Below, one piece after another: positions 24,861 through 37,970 of a DNA stretch of 64,000 nt. Position 1 is the stretch's first letter, and each line of letters opens with the position of its first letter. The DNA comes from the human T2T-CHM13v2.0 reference genome, Homo sapiens. The notes below the pieces were generated by a model. The model worked only from the letters and a program-made list of their open reading frames with translations, ran no database searches and was not told the DNA's origin. The stretch lies in NCBI RefSeq assembly GCF_009914755.1, contig NC_060925.1, one strand, 5' to 3'. A program made the position numbers and the translations under genes.

Positions 24861-27160
24861 TGTATTATGGTGTAGAGTGCAGAATGGGATTTCTCCTTTG
24901 ATGAGAGGTTAAGGGAGGGGGAATGGTGACTAAAACTCATGGCTGAGGACAAAAGCACCCAATATGCTAAGCTGGAGGCTCTACCAGCATAGATTCAGCA
25001 CAGCAAATCAGAGTATTTGGCTGTCACATGCACTGTAGTATTAAAAGTCTACTATACTTAGTCTACTATACTTTTGCTTGTAATCTGTATGGCTTTGCTA
25101 AGATAACCAACATTTTTCACCATTAAATAATTTCGGTATTTAGCCTTGACTATGTTTTACATGAATTATCTCTTTGATTTTCATAAGCAATCTTAAAGGA
25201 CAGGGAGTAAATTCTGTTGGTTGTTACTAAAAACTTTGACTAGCACAACCTGTAAAATCTGAACTTGTAGATGGTGAAATTGCTGTATTTCAAGTATATA
25301 CACCTTAGTATTATTCATATAACCAGTTCGATGAATTTGATGAAAGGAAGAGAAATATGTAACATCCAGTGTCAAAACCCAGAATAGCTAGGTAACACCT
25401 CTTTGCATTATAAGATGAAGCCTGGGATATTTTCTTTATAAAGTAAGTTCTATATTTATTCGTTTGTTGAAAAATGCATTAACTCTTGGCAGAGGTTGGC
25501 TTGAGATGTTTTGTATGGTTGCATATTGAGATACAAATAGTTTTAGATTTCAGAAACCAGTAAAATTATAAGCAACACACTATAAATGAACATCTACTGT
25601 TAGCATGATTTCATAAAAGAAAAGGTCTTTTTAACATCAAAAAGGGAAAACATAATGGCATAATCTCAGAATTAAACAAGGCCATTTAATGTGAATACAT
25701 TTATCTCCCAAAATGTTACTTCATTTCCCTTCATTTTCTTATTTCACAAGAGCATGGTGAACACTTCATTAAGAACTAATATTTAGGAGCCAGTAGTATA
25801 GAGAAGGAAGTTGAACCCCATGTGGCTCAGACAAAGGATCTTAAAGGTTAAATGTTAAGAACCATTTATATTGAAGATCAATCAGAAAAGATGAATCATT
25901 TCTGGTTTTATAATGGGATTTATTTGCACAGAGATTTTCGGGAATCCACTGTGCAAAGAGAGGTGCAGCTGCATCTTTTTCATGCATATCCCTATTGGCA
26001 GCAGAAGAGCACAGATACGTAGATACCAATTACCTTAGTCTATAATAGCAAATGATGTGCCCTTCTTAATTTCTTCTTGGAAAAGCTTGCTACGAGTGCC
26101 ATGTTATTGCATTCTCCTAACACATCTCTGAATTCTAGATGTACAATGCTGAGTGCCACCCAGCGCTTTGTAATGCTTTCTTCACAGCTGGTTATTTTCA
26201 GCTTCATTCTTCACGTTTGTTTTAGCTCTCAGACATGTCAACATGTTCCCTTCAGCCCTGCATATCATAATAGATCTCTCTGAAAGTGACAAAAATATTC
26301 TCATAAAAAATTTCTGTGCAAAATTATAACACCACACTTTAAAATAAATGCTGTCTTGACTGGTTACCATATTTCCAGAAATATTCTAAAATAGTTATCT
26401 TCACGCCCCAATTTCCTCATTTGGCTTCGAAGTACTTTGTTCTCTGACCTTGTGAAGAAAACGATGGCTTCACATATGCTTCATTCTTCTTTGGGGAAGA
26501 GACAGCGTCGTTACTTTTTGAGCATCAAAGTGATACATGAATTGCCATTAGGGAGAGCAGCATATTCTCCCAGGACTCAAATCTTCCCTGATACCTTAGA
26601 AAGTGGCATTCATTTCTACAGGTCATGAGAGTAGCTTTTACCTCATAACATTTTATGGGGTCAGTGCATCTGAATAACACAAGACTAAGAGGAAGAAAAT
26701 GGAATGCAAAATGTTATCAGTGCCATCCATGTTCAACACAGTGATTACAGATACAAAAGGGGAGTGGGTGGGAGCCATAGAAAGGGCAGTCCACAGGGAC
26801 AGAAGGCCTATGGTGAAAAACTACTGCCTCTTTGGGACTAAATATCACTATGTGGTGCAGCATTTTGTGAGAAAAGCTAATTTGAGCAGCATTTTTTTAT
26901 CCTGAAATTTTGCTATGGTTTTTTTTTTTTTTTTTTTTTTTTTGTCTTATTCTCTTTCTTTCCAAAAATACATTTTGGTCAGTCTTTTGAAAATAATCTA
27001 AGTTTGCAAGGAATGTAATGTTATTTCATTGAAAGAAAGTATCTCTATTCCCAAATGTCTATGTTTATAGGCTGCACTGTATTTACTAGGGAAGAGATTT
27101 GTATCGTAATTGAAATAGACTCATAATAATTTCCTGGAGATGATAACTGCATGGTCACAG

Positions 27161-27314
27161 ATTTTTAGGACCCTGCTATATATGTGTATACATAGCTACA
27201 TATATTTTAGGACCCTGCTATATATGTGTATATATAGCTATATATATTTTAGGACCCTGCTATATATGTGTATATATAGCTATATATATTTTAGGACCCT
27301 GCTATATATGTGTA
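27161..27314. repeat. 42-bp VNTR, about 3.6 copies
   Basis: aggaccctgc recurs at 27167, 27209, 27251 and 27293. Confidence 0.95.
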
Positions 27315-27353
27315 TGTATGCATATATCTGTGTGTGCCTATATACATATGTAT

Positions 27354-27652
27354 ATATATTACATGCATACACATAGATTAACATTTTAAAAGTACATATA
27401 CTTTATATGCATATGTATATGTGTGTGTGTACATATATACATATGTACACACACATATATACATATATACATGTGTACATATATATTACATGCATACACA
27501 TAGATTAACATTTTAAAAGTACATATACTTTATATGCATATGTATATATGTGTGTGTGCATATATACATATGTACACACACATATATACATATGCATATA
27601 AAGTATATGTACTTTTAAAATGTTAATCTATGTGTATGCATGTAATATATAT
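27354..27652. repeat. 127-bp-period direct duplication plus inverted copy (AT-rich palindrome 27479-27652)
   Basis: atatattacatgcatacacatagattaacattttaaaagt... at 27354 and 27481; exact reverse complement ends at 27650. Confidence 0.95.
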
Positions 27653-27660
27653 ACATATAT

Positions 27661-27691
<31 letters not shown>

Positions 27692-27705
27692 CACACACAC
27701 ATATA

Positions 27706-30013
27706 CAGGCATACTTCAAAGATATTGTGGATTTGGTTCCAGACCACTACAATAAAGTAAGTCACACAAATTCTTTGGTTTCCCAGGGCATATAAAAGTT
27801 GTGTGTATGAATAATAGCATTATGTGAAAAATTCCCAATGTTCATAACTTAATTTAAAAATACTTTATTACTAAAAAAAAAAAAGCTACTGCTCATCTGA
27901 CCCTTCAGAGTCTTAATCTTTTTGTTGCTAGAAGGTCTTCCCTCAAGGTTGATGGCTGCTGCTGAATGATCAGGTGGTGGTTACTGAAGGTTGAGTTAGT
28001 TGTGGTTATTTCTTAAAATAAAACAGGAAAGTTTGGTGCATCCATTGACTCTTCCTTTTACCAACCATTTCTCTGTAGCATGTGATGCTGTTTGATAGCA
28101 TCTTACCCACAGCAGAACCTTTCAAAACTAGAGTCGAACCTTTCAAATTCTGATGCTGTCTCATCAACTAACTTTAGAAAATATTCTATTTTTGTGTGTT
28201 GTCATTTCAAAAATGTTCACAGCATCTTCACCAGGAGTGGATTCTATCTCAAGAAACCTCTTTCTTGGCCTATCCATAAGAAGCAACTCCTCATTTGTTC
28301 AAATTTTATCCTGAGATTCAGTTATGTACTCAGGCTCCACTTCTGATTCTACTTTTCTCACTCTGCCCACTACATCTATAGGAACTTCCTCCACTGAAAC
28401 CTTGAATGCCTCAAAGTCTTCCATGAGAGTTGGAATTAACCTCCTTTAAATTCCTGTTAGTGTTGATATTTTGATCTCTTCCCGTGAATCACAAATGTTC
28501 TTAAGGACATCTAGAATGGTGCATCCTTTCCAGAAGATTTTCAATGTACTTTGCTCAGATCCATCATAAATGTCACTATGGCAGTTGTAGCCTTATGAAG
28601 TGTTTTTCTTAAATAATAAGACTTGAAAGTAAAAATTACTCCTTTATCTGTGTGCTGCAAAATGGATGATTTGTTTGCAGGCATGAAAACAACATTAATC
28701 TTCTTGTATATTTCCGTCAGAGCTCTTGGGTTACCAGCTTCATTGTCAATGAGCAGTAATATTTAGAAAGGAATCTTTTTTTTGAAGCAGTAGGTCTCAA
28801 CAGTGGGCTTAAAATATTCAGTAAACCATAGTATAAACAGGAGTGCTTTCATCAGGCTTTGTTGTTTCATTTATAGGGCACAGGCAGAGTAGGTTTAGCA
28901 TAATTCTTAAGGGCCCAAGGACTTTCAGACTGGTTAATGAGCATTGGTTTCAACTTCAAGTGACCAGCTGCATTAGCCCCTAATGAGAGAGTCAGCCTGT
29001 TCTTTGAAGCTTTGAAGCCAGGTATTGACTTCTCTGTAGCTATGAAAGTCTTAGATGGCATCTTCTTTCAGTAGAAGGCTGTTAACACATGTTGTGTAGT
29101 GTAGCCACCTTCATCAATTATCTTAGCTAGATCTTCTGGATGACTTGCTTCAGCTTCTTCATAAGCACTTGCTTCTCCACTTGCACTTTTATGTTATGGA
29201 GATGGTTGCTTTATTTCCTTAAACCTCATAAGCCAACCTCTGGTGGCTTTAAACTTTTCTCCTGCTGTTTCCTCACCTCTCTCAGCCTTCACAGAATTGA
29301 AAAGAGTTAGAACTTTCCTCTGAATTAGGCTTTGGCTTAGGGGAATGTTGGGGCTGGTTTGATTCTCTATCCAAACCACTCAAACTTTCTTCTTTTCAGC
29401 AATAAGGCTGTTATGCTTTCTGGTCATTTGTGTGTTCACTGGAGTAGAATTTTCATTTTCCTCAAAAGCTTTTCCTTTGCATTCACACCACAGTTAGCTG
29501 ATGCAAGAGGCCTAGCTTTTGGCCCATCTTATCTTTCTACAGACCTTTCTCACTAAGCTTCATCATGTCTAGCTTTTGATTTAAAATAAGAGACGTGCAA
29601 CTATTCCTTTCACTTCAACACTCAGAAGTCTTTGTAGAAGTATTAGTTGGTCTAATTTCAATACAGTTGTGTCCCAAGGAATAGGGAGACCTGGGGAGAG
29701 GGAGAGAAATGAGGGATCGGCTGGTCAGTGAAGCAGTCAGAACACTTAACAATGTTTAAATGAGCATAGTTTGTAGCACCACAAAACAATTACAATGATA
29801 ACATCAAAGATCACGGATTACAGATCACCATAATGGATATAGTAATAATGAAACAATTTGAAATATTGTGAGAATTACCAAAATGGGACGTGCTGTCAGA
29901 AAAATGGCATCAATAGATTTGCTTGATGCAGGGTTGCTGCAAACCTCCAACTTGTAAAAAGTGCAGTATCTGAAGTGCAGTAAGGCAAAGCACAATTAAA
30001 TGAGGTATCCTTG
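27706..30013 (-). mobile_element. Tigger1 DNA transposon, near full length, decayed transposase
   Basis: Terminal inverted repeats caggcatac / gtatccttg; ORF fragments 29194-29379 (CENP-B-type [16 protein letters not shown]) and 28867-29061 (DDE region, [19 protein letters not shown]). Confidence 0.95.
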
Positions 30014-30472
30014 TGTGTGTATATATTTATATATATATTGAAAGATGTATATATATAATGTCCTTATAAGCTTGAACATTTTTCATAAAGTGTGTAATAA
30101 CCCTTGCCTTCATGCCTAAGTAAAATATTTCCAACAGTCATCTGGTAACTTATTTATTCCCCAAGAGTATATGGCCTTATTTGGATTATTTTCCAATTTT
30201 TTATGTTTATGAAACCAGTTTTCTATGGGTATTTGGAGATAAATTCTAAAATAAAAATATTATTTGTCTTTTTTCTGATCTCAATAAATAGCACTTGTTT
30301 TTATGTAGATATTTTATACATAAAGATATACTAATATTTATATCTGAAATTGAGACATCAATTTTGGAGAAAAAGTGGTTATTCATGAGTGTTGGGACTG
30401 TCCAGTCTAGGATCTTGATATTGTTTGTATACTCTAAACATTGAAAATCTATTTCATATTAATGCTTATTAA

Positions 30473-30861
<389 letters not shown>

Positions 30862-33447
30862 TCAGATTATCTCTTAAAACTGAATGTCAGAGAGTTGATA
30901 ATCTTAAATAAGGAGCAGGAGGTGCTTAACTTTTGACTTTAATTAAGGTCATTCATGAACTGATTTATGTTTTCAGAAAATACATATGTTGGGTTCTTCT
31001 CTCAAAAAATGTCTTGTCTAGTAGAGAGATGGCAAAATCAACAGGCATTTATAACTCAGAGTAGTAGACGTAAACTTCTCAAATTAAGGGGCATTTAGTT
31101 CCCTGGTGGATGTAGGAAAGGATATCCAAGATCCTGTCTGTATCTATGAAGACTAGGAATTAACCAGGAGAAAGCAGGACTGCCTATATTCATTAGAGAA
31201 CTGTAAGGACAATGATGCTGCACAGTAAATATTAATATTCCCATTTTCTAAGGAGGAAACTGAAGCTTGAAAAATATATACACCTACCATAAGGTAGAGG
31301 CAGAATTTGAGCCCAGGTTCCAGTTACTCCAAAACTCATACTATTACCTCTTTTTTATATCAACCATTACCTACCAAACTTTCTATTTAAAGAGACAATA
31401 TTTAATGCTGTGATTTAGTATGCTGAACTATATACCTGTATGCAGTTCTTGAATATTCTGTGCTGCACCATTACTGTTCTCTACAGCTATTATAGATACA
31501 TATGTATGCTATACAAGTTGTAAAAGAAATAATTATAAAGAAATAAATTTACAAGGTACATGCTGTACTTTGATGATGCCAATTTGTTTTCTTTCCCAAA
31601 TGTTGCTAATGTCACTGTCATCGCTACTGCCAGAGGCATTTCTGTATAACCTGTCAGCTGTTATGCTCATTTAGAAAAGGAAACCTATCGGTACAACAGG
31701 ACAGGAATTTCCTCCCACCCCTCTTCCCAGGATGAGCTTCATCTCAAAAGGCTGTTTGTTTTGTCCTAATTGTAATTGAATGCATCTTGGTCATCCATCA
31801 GTGTCTGCATTTCACAATCTGAGGTTGATATCTCATATTCATCTTAAGCATAGTAATGGCACCAAATGGCACACGTAATAACTCTGCTTAAAACTAAGTT
31901 GGTTCACTCAAGGAGGGGCTTGAAGCTGAAGAAATCACCTGTCTGGCCTTAGTCTTACAAGTATTTCTACAAATGCAGGGCTCTTACTTTCTGGCTGTCA
32001 TGGAAATTCAGTGAAGAAAATAAACAACATACATTGGAAACATGCGGTACTCAGGAGATACATTGGCTAAGGCTGGCTGAGTGGTTCAAGCCCTGCAAAG
32101 CCAATGACAGCAAGAGAGAGAGAAGGTTCTGCTCCTCCAGGATTCATTGATCCCTGACTTAGAAGTTCTGGGTGCCCAAACAAAACCTCCAAGTGCATTC
32201 AAGATTAATTCTATGTCACCTTAAAAAATAAGAAAAAGATAAAGAGAAGAGAGGAGATAGCATTTATGGATGGCACCATATACACCAGGCTCTGTACTGG
32301 GAATTTTATATCATAAATTGTCTTATTGAATCCTCATAACTCTATTAGGAAAGTATGATTTGGCTCACTTTCTCTATCAGAAGTTCAATAGTTGGCCAAG
32401 GTCACATGTCATGGCAGACCTATGATTCCCATTTGTGGTACCTCTTTCAACCTTCTTTTTCTATATATGGTAGGCAGGTAATTTGCAGTGGAAGGCAAAA
32501 CTTGTCCTCATGAAATCTCTCTGTCACCTCCATTTCCATTCTACCTATTCCCCTTAAGTAACCTTTTCCTGCCACTTGCTCATTTCAACCTCTACTAATC
32601 TGACCTAGCCCATGGTTCCTGTTTCTAGGCCTGTTTAATTCAAAAACTTCAATCACTGATTACTGAAGTTGGGACTTACATCAGGATTTAATGTTTTCCA
32701 GATGCTCAGTAGATAGGACAATGTTCAGCTGTCAGTTCTTAGACTGGTAACAAGTACAACAGAGGGGCCACTCCAACCAAACACGCATCCTTATTCTTAA
32801 CTGGGACTTCTGTCCTGAGCCTGCTGTGTTACCACAGTGGAATGGGCTAGATGATGGGGAATCTCTCAGGGGACTCTCTTGCCCTCTGAGGCTGAGCTCA
32901 GAACAAGCTCCTTTGCTAAACCTGCCCACACCCTGGTGTTCCTTTTAATTGTTTTCGGACTAAAATTACCATCCAAGCAGGATACAGCCCCAAATCTCAG
33001 GTCTCCCTACTCTAATTGAAAATCAGCAAACAAGAGTAGAAGGAAGCGTAGAGAGTAATTTGCATTTCTGGATATGTAAAAGTGGAAAAACTTTCTGTGT
33101 TTCTGAAAAGGATATATGGAAAAAGTCACAGGCAAAAATGGGATGTGTTGGTTTTACTTTTACTTTTGTTGCTATTACAGTTCAAAGAAGTCCTAGTTTC
33201 AACTGATCCTAATCTCCTTGTCTCTTTTTTTTTCTGTCTTAGGGCTTTTAAGAGAAGAAATGCAATTATAAAATGCACTTTTTAAAATGCTAGTTTCGGT
33301 GCAGGCTGTCTGGGCTGTCCCTTCCAGCCTACAGGCCTGCCAAGATGATGCACTTATTTATTTACACTGCTGTAATCTTAGCCTCCTCTGTTTTCTTGTC
33401 TGTCTGAAATTTAGCAATCTCTTTTTCACTGACTATTTATTTTTTAA

Positions 33448-33781
<334 letters not shown>

Positions 33782-36289
33782 GCCTGTCTTACTATCTCCC
33801 TACCCTCAGAGCAATGCTCCACTATATGAGTTTTGCCCTACACAGCTGCGGGTCTGAGCAGAAGGGCCCTTAAGTACTGAACATGCTAGGACTATGACCA
33901 GGAAATCTTAACTAACCCTGAAAGTCGTTGGCTAAATGTAATCATTGGCACTGTTCTATTGTGGCGCAGTACATAATTAGTTCTCATCTGTGGTTGTATT
34001 CTTATCAGAGAGTTATGGAGGGACCTGTTATCACCAATCATTATGTTAATAGAGATAATTTATGTGCAGCTCAAATATCAGTGCTTGGCTCCCTAAGGTA
34101 AGCACTCTCAATAGGCTCTATTAGTTTAGTCCATAAGATTTATTTTTTCTAACCACATTTCTTTTCCATGTGGTATGTGGTGAAAAACAGAGAAACAATA
34201 AAACCCAAGAAGTCTTATTATTATGACTCCCTTCTTAAAATGCCCAAAGAGCTCAAGAATAGTATCTTGGGAAAATTACTATGTGTATGGAATTTTTCCA
34301 GGTGATAAGGACCTAGAAATGAAAAGACACAGCCCACAGTTACGTGAGAAAGATAGACTTGAAAATATATTATCATAATATTCCGTACTGATGCCATATT
34401 AGCTTGTCTCAAAGTATAATTATTATACAAAGGATTGAGAAGTCAGGTAACACTTCAAGGACTATATCTTGTGTGATAAAACATGATATATGTGAATTGG
34501 GGCTAAAATACAGGAATATACTACATAGGAAAATCAGCAGAGAAGATTCTGGAGTGGATTCTCTGGAGAGAAAAGGAAAATAAACAGGGTATTAGAAGCA
34601 ATCAAAACACAAGGCAACTGCCTTCTACACTAAGGAATAGGTAAGTGTTTAGAACATGTAGCTACAAGGTAGATAGTAGTTTAAGTAGACAGATACTACT
34701 GCTTGAATAAACTGTGGCTTCCTAGAAGTCAGAAGAGAGAGAAACTATATGCCTGCTCAGACTGATGAGGTTTTCTGCTTGGCTTCAGATGTGTACTATC
34801 TTGAACAATAGGCTTTGTGAAAAATGTTGAATGTCAGGAGTTTAGAACATAGAGGATTTGAGCAATGTTAAATGGGTTGACTATAGTATCTGGTTTGAGT
34901 GTGGAGATGAGGATGATTGATGTGGACAAAGTAGAAAGTTGGGTTCTGGTTAAAGTGTAAAGCTAAGTGTGAGGGCCAGGGGAGAGTCAAAAGGAAAGGA
35001 AAGTGGGAAATACAGGAAAAGAGAACTGCCTCCTATATGCAATGCACCATAAAGTGTTTTCTGTCCCAGGATTCTAGGAGAGTGTATTAGTTAGACAGTA
35101 GGCATGTCAATTCAGAGGTCTTGAAAGTAAAATAGTGTCATATGGAAAGAAGCCCAAGAGAGGAAAATGCTTGGTGTTTCATGTGTCTTCTACTTAGAAT
35201 CCCCTTGCCAAGAATTACTGATGAGTAATATCACTCTTTCTGAGTCTGAATTTGGCCTCGAGATCCTTCTTAACCCAACAATAGTCAGTCATTAACAATT
35301 CATTGATATTGACATGAAAGATAAAATCTCATTGCTCCCTTTGACTTAGGTAACAATTCATTGAAATTGGAATGTAAGATGAAACGCCTTTGCAGTCTCT
35401 GACTTAAGGTGCTGTCTATGCAGGTAGGAACTTTAATTTTCATTTCCTATTCCATTTCCTTTTGCAGTCATTTTTGTGACAAAAGATTATTCTGCGAACT
35501 CTGTTTTCTACTGATGCCAAAGTTTTCACCTCTAAAACTAACCAATATTGTAATGTGGGGGCTTGTGGGTACCCACTCATTTTAGGCTGGAATGCTCAAG
35601 TAGTTTATGCAACTTGTTTCCCTAAGTGGATAGTGAGCTTCACAAGGAAATTGCTACTTATTTTACATTCTCCTCAGTGCTTTGCCCCATTTGGAGTACA
35701 CAGCAGGCACATAATAAATACTTGTTGACTTAGTTGAATTTCAAACCTTTCATATAAGCCATTATGATTTAGCTAAAGAATGTTATAGCCTGTAGAAGGA
35801 CTAATTAGAGCCAATAATTTGACTGACCTGTGTTAGCTCTGAAGCACTTAGTGGTAATAATACTGTTTTTGCAAGATGGATATTGTACTGTTGAGCTTGT
35901 CTGGTTTGAGAAGCTCACTGTTTTATGGTCTGTGTGTGGTGATCATTTGGATGTAATGATCAAATGGGGGTTGCCCAAATTGATCGTTATAATAGGATTC
36001 CACTGTAATTACATTTCCATAAATGATACTCAAATTCACTAGGGAAATCAACAACCCCTTGGTGTGCCTACTTCCAGCTCTGATTACAAGTTCAGGTTCT
36101 GTAGCATTTTCTAAACAAAAGGTAATTAAAATTTTACAACCCATAGTTAAGCCAAAATAAAAAGGCAGCTTTTTATTCTAGATTGAAAAGTACTGCTCTT
36201 TGTAGACAAGAGCAGAAGACATTTCAATTTAGAAGAATAGGCAGATGTTTGGATCTTATACAAATTAATGCATACATATTACTGAGACA

Positions 36290-36530
36290 TAGGCAGTAAG
36301 TAGGTTGGAGTCGGGGTCATGGGTTCAAATCCCAGCTCCATTAATTCTATATCTACATCATCTTGGATGTCATTGAATCTTCTGAGCCTCAGTTTCCTCA
36401 TCTTTAACACAGGAATAATATGGTTTCTGCTTCATTAGGTTTTTGAGATAATTAAATGACCTATTGCTTGTAAAGTGCTAGCACAACCCTGGCTGGACAT
36501 GTTAGTAAGTGCTCAATATGCGTTAGTTTT
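36290..36530 (+). mobile_element. MIR
   Basis: gggttcaaatcccagctcc...ctgagcctcagtttcctcatct...agtaagtgctcaata. Confidence 0.85.
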
Positions 36531-37307
36531 TATTGTTGTCATTTAGTTAGATTTTGCTTGTTTGTTTTTTGGCTTTGGTTTTTACGGATTCAGCCATCAT
36601 CTTTCCCTGGTGCCACTGTAGGAAAGATTGTATTTTGTTTTTCTGCCTTAGAGTGAACTGAATGTTTCCAGTCCCATGTATACCAATACCTAGTATCCTT
36701 AGTTTATTAATTCTTCTGTTCTAGAATTCACTGGCTTAGCCTCCATATCTCAGACATGTTTTATCATATTCATTTCCAGACAGTGGGTTTGTCTACATTA
36801 CCAGATTAACTAGAATATTCCATCAACTTCAGAGTCTTGTCATCCTAAAGCACATATCACCATAAGAATGTAAAAGGTCATGGGATGATTCTAATGCACA
36901 TTTCTATAGCACATTCTACAAAGGATGGTGGAGAGGGAAGGTTTCAGTTCAATTTAAATACCATTATGCCATCAAAATAGCATTTAAGATAATATGCCAG
37001 CTTTTGAACCTCTTCCAAATGCAAGGAGTGGTTGTAAAGCATTGCATTTCACTAGAGAAATTTATCTATTCAGCAGAATTTCAGCCAAGAAAAATCATTT
37101 TCTAAATAGAAACAAACTAAGGGTAAATGTGGTGTGTGTCATCCTCTGACACCAGTATGATCTGTACCACAGAGGGCATCATCAAAGTTTATTGGTGAGC
37201 CATATTACAAAATTCAAATATTAATAAAATCTCTTATAAGGATATAAAAAGACCAAATGTCCAAAGCTCCAATATGTTACCTTTTTGTTTTTAAGAAGAG
37301 TATTTTA

Positions 37308-37718
37308 TACTATGCAGCCACAAAAAGGAAGGAGATCATGTCCCTTGCAGGCACATGGATGGAGCTGGAAGACATTATCGTCTGCAAACTAACACAAGAA
37401 CAGAAAACCAAACACCGAATGTTCTCACTTATAAGTGGAAGCTGAAGGATAAAAACACAGGGGCACAGAGAGGAGAACAACAGACACTAGGGCCTGTTGT
37501 GGGTGGGGGAGGGGCACACAAGGGAAGGGATCAGGATAAATAGCTAATGCTTGTGGGGCTTAATACCTAGGTGAGAGGTTGATAGGTGCAGCAAACCACC
37601 ATGGCACATGTTTACCTATCTAACAAACCTGCACGTCCTGCATATGTATCCTGGAAATTAAATTAAATTAAAAAATAAAAATGATAAATAAGAAACCTAG
37701 GCAAAAAAAAAAAAAAAA
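37308..37718 (+). mobile_element. L1PA (older, about PA11-15) 3' end
   Basis: ORF2 C-terminus (YYAATKRKEIMSLAGTWMELE) plus 3' UTR; TSD aagaagagtatttta (37293-37307) / aagaagagtgtttta (37719-37733). Confidence 0.92.
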
Positions 37719-37774
37719 AAGAAGAGTGTTTTAAAAAGGAATGTGTTCCAGTAGCCATCAAGAGTCATAAAAAG

Positions 37775-37970
37775 AACATCACACACTGGGGCCTGGTGGG
37801 GAGCGGGGGGCTAGGGGAGGGATAGCATTAGGAGAAATACCTAATGTAGATGACGGGTTGATGGGTGCAGCAAATCGCCATGGCACATGTATACCTATGT
37901 AACAAACCTGCACGTTCTGCACATGTATCCCAGAAGTTAAAGTATAATAAAATAAAATTTTTAAAAAAGT
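37775..37970 (+). mobile_element. L1PA7/8-like 3' UTR fragment
   Basis: aacatcacacactggggcctg...gggatagcattaggagaaatacctaatgtagatgacggg...aaagtataataa. Confidence 0.9.

Noticed and set aside
26919-26943. T25 run as the tail of a processed pseudogene
   Set aside because: No TSD or recognisable cDNA/SINE body next to it
27140-27376. ORF with a 14-aa repeat, and a superficially CRISPR-like regular array
   Set aside because: The 42-bp units are near-identical along their whole length with no unique spacers; this is a eukaryotic VNTR and no cas genes are present
28867-29379. TIGD1/CENP-B-like domesticated gene
   Set aside because: Fragmented ORFs inside a Tigger1 with both terminal inverted repeats; a decayed transposon copy
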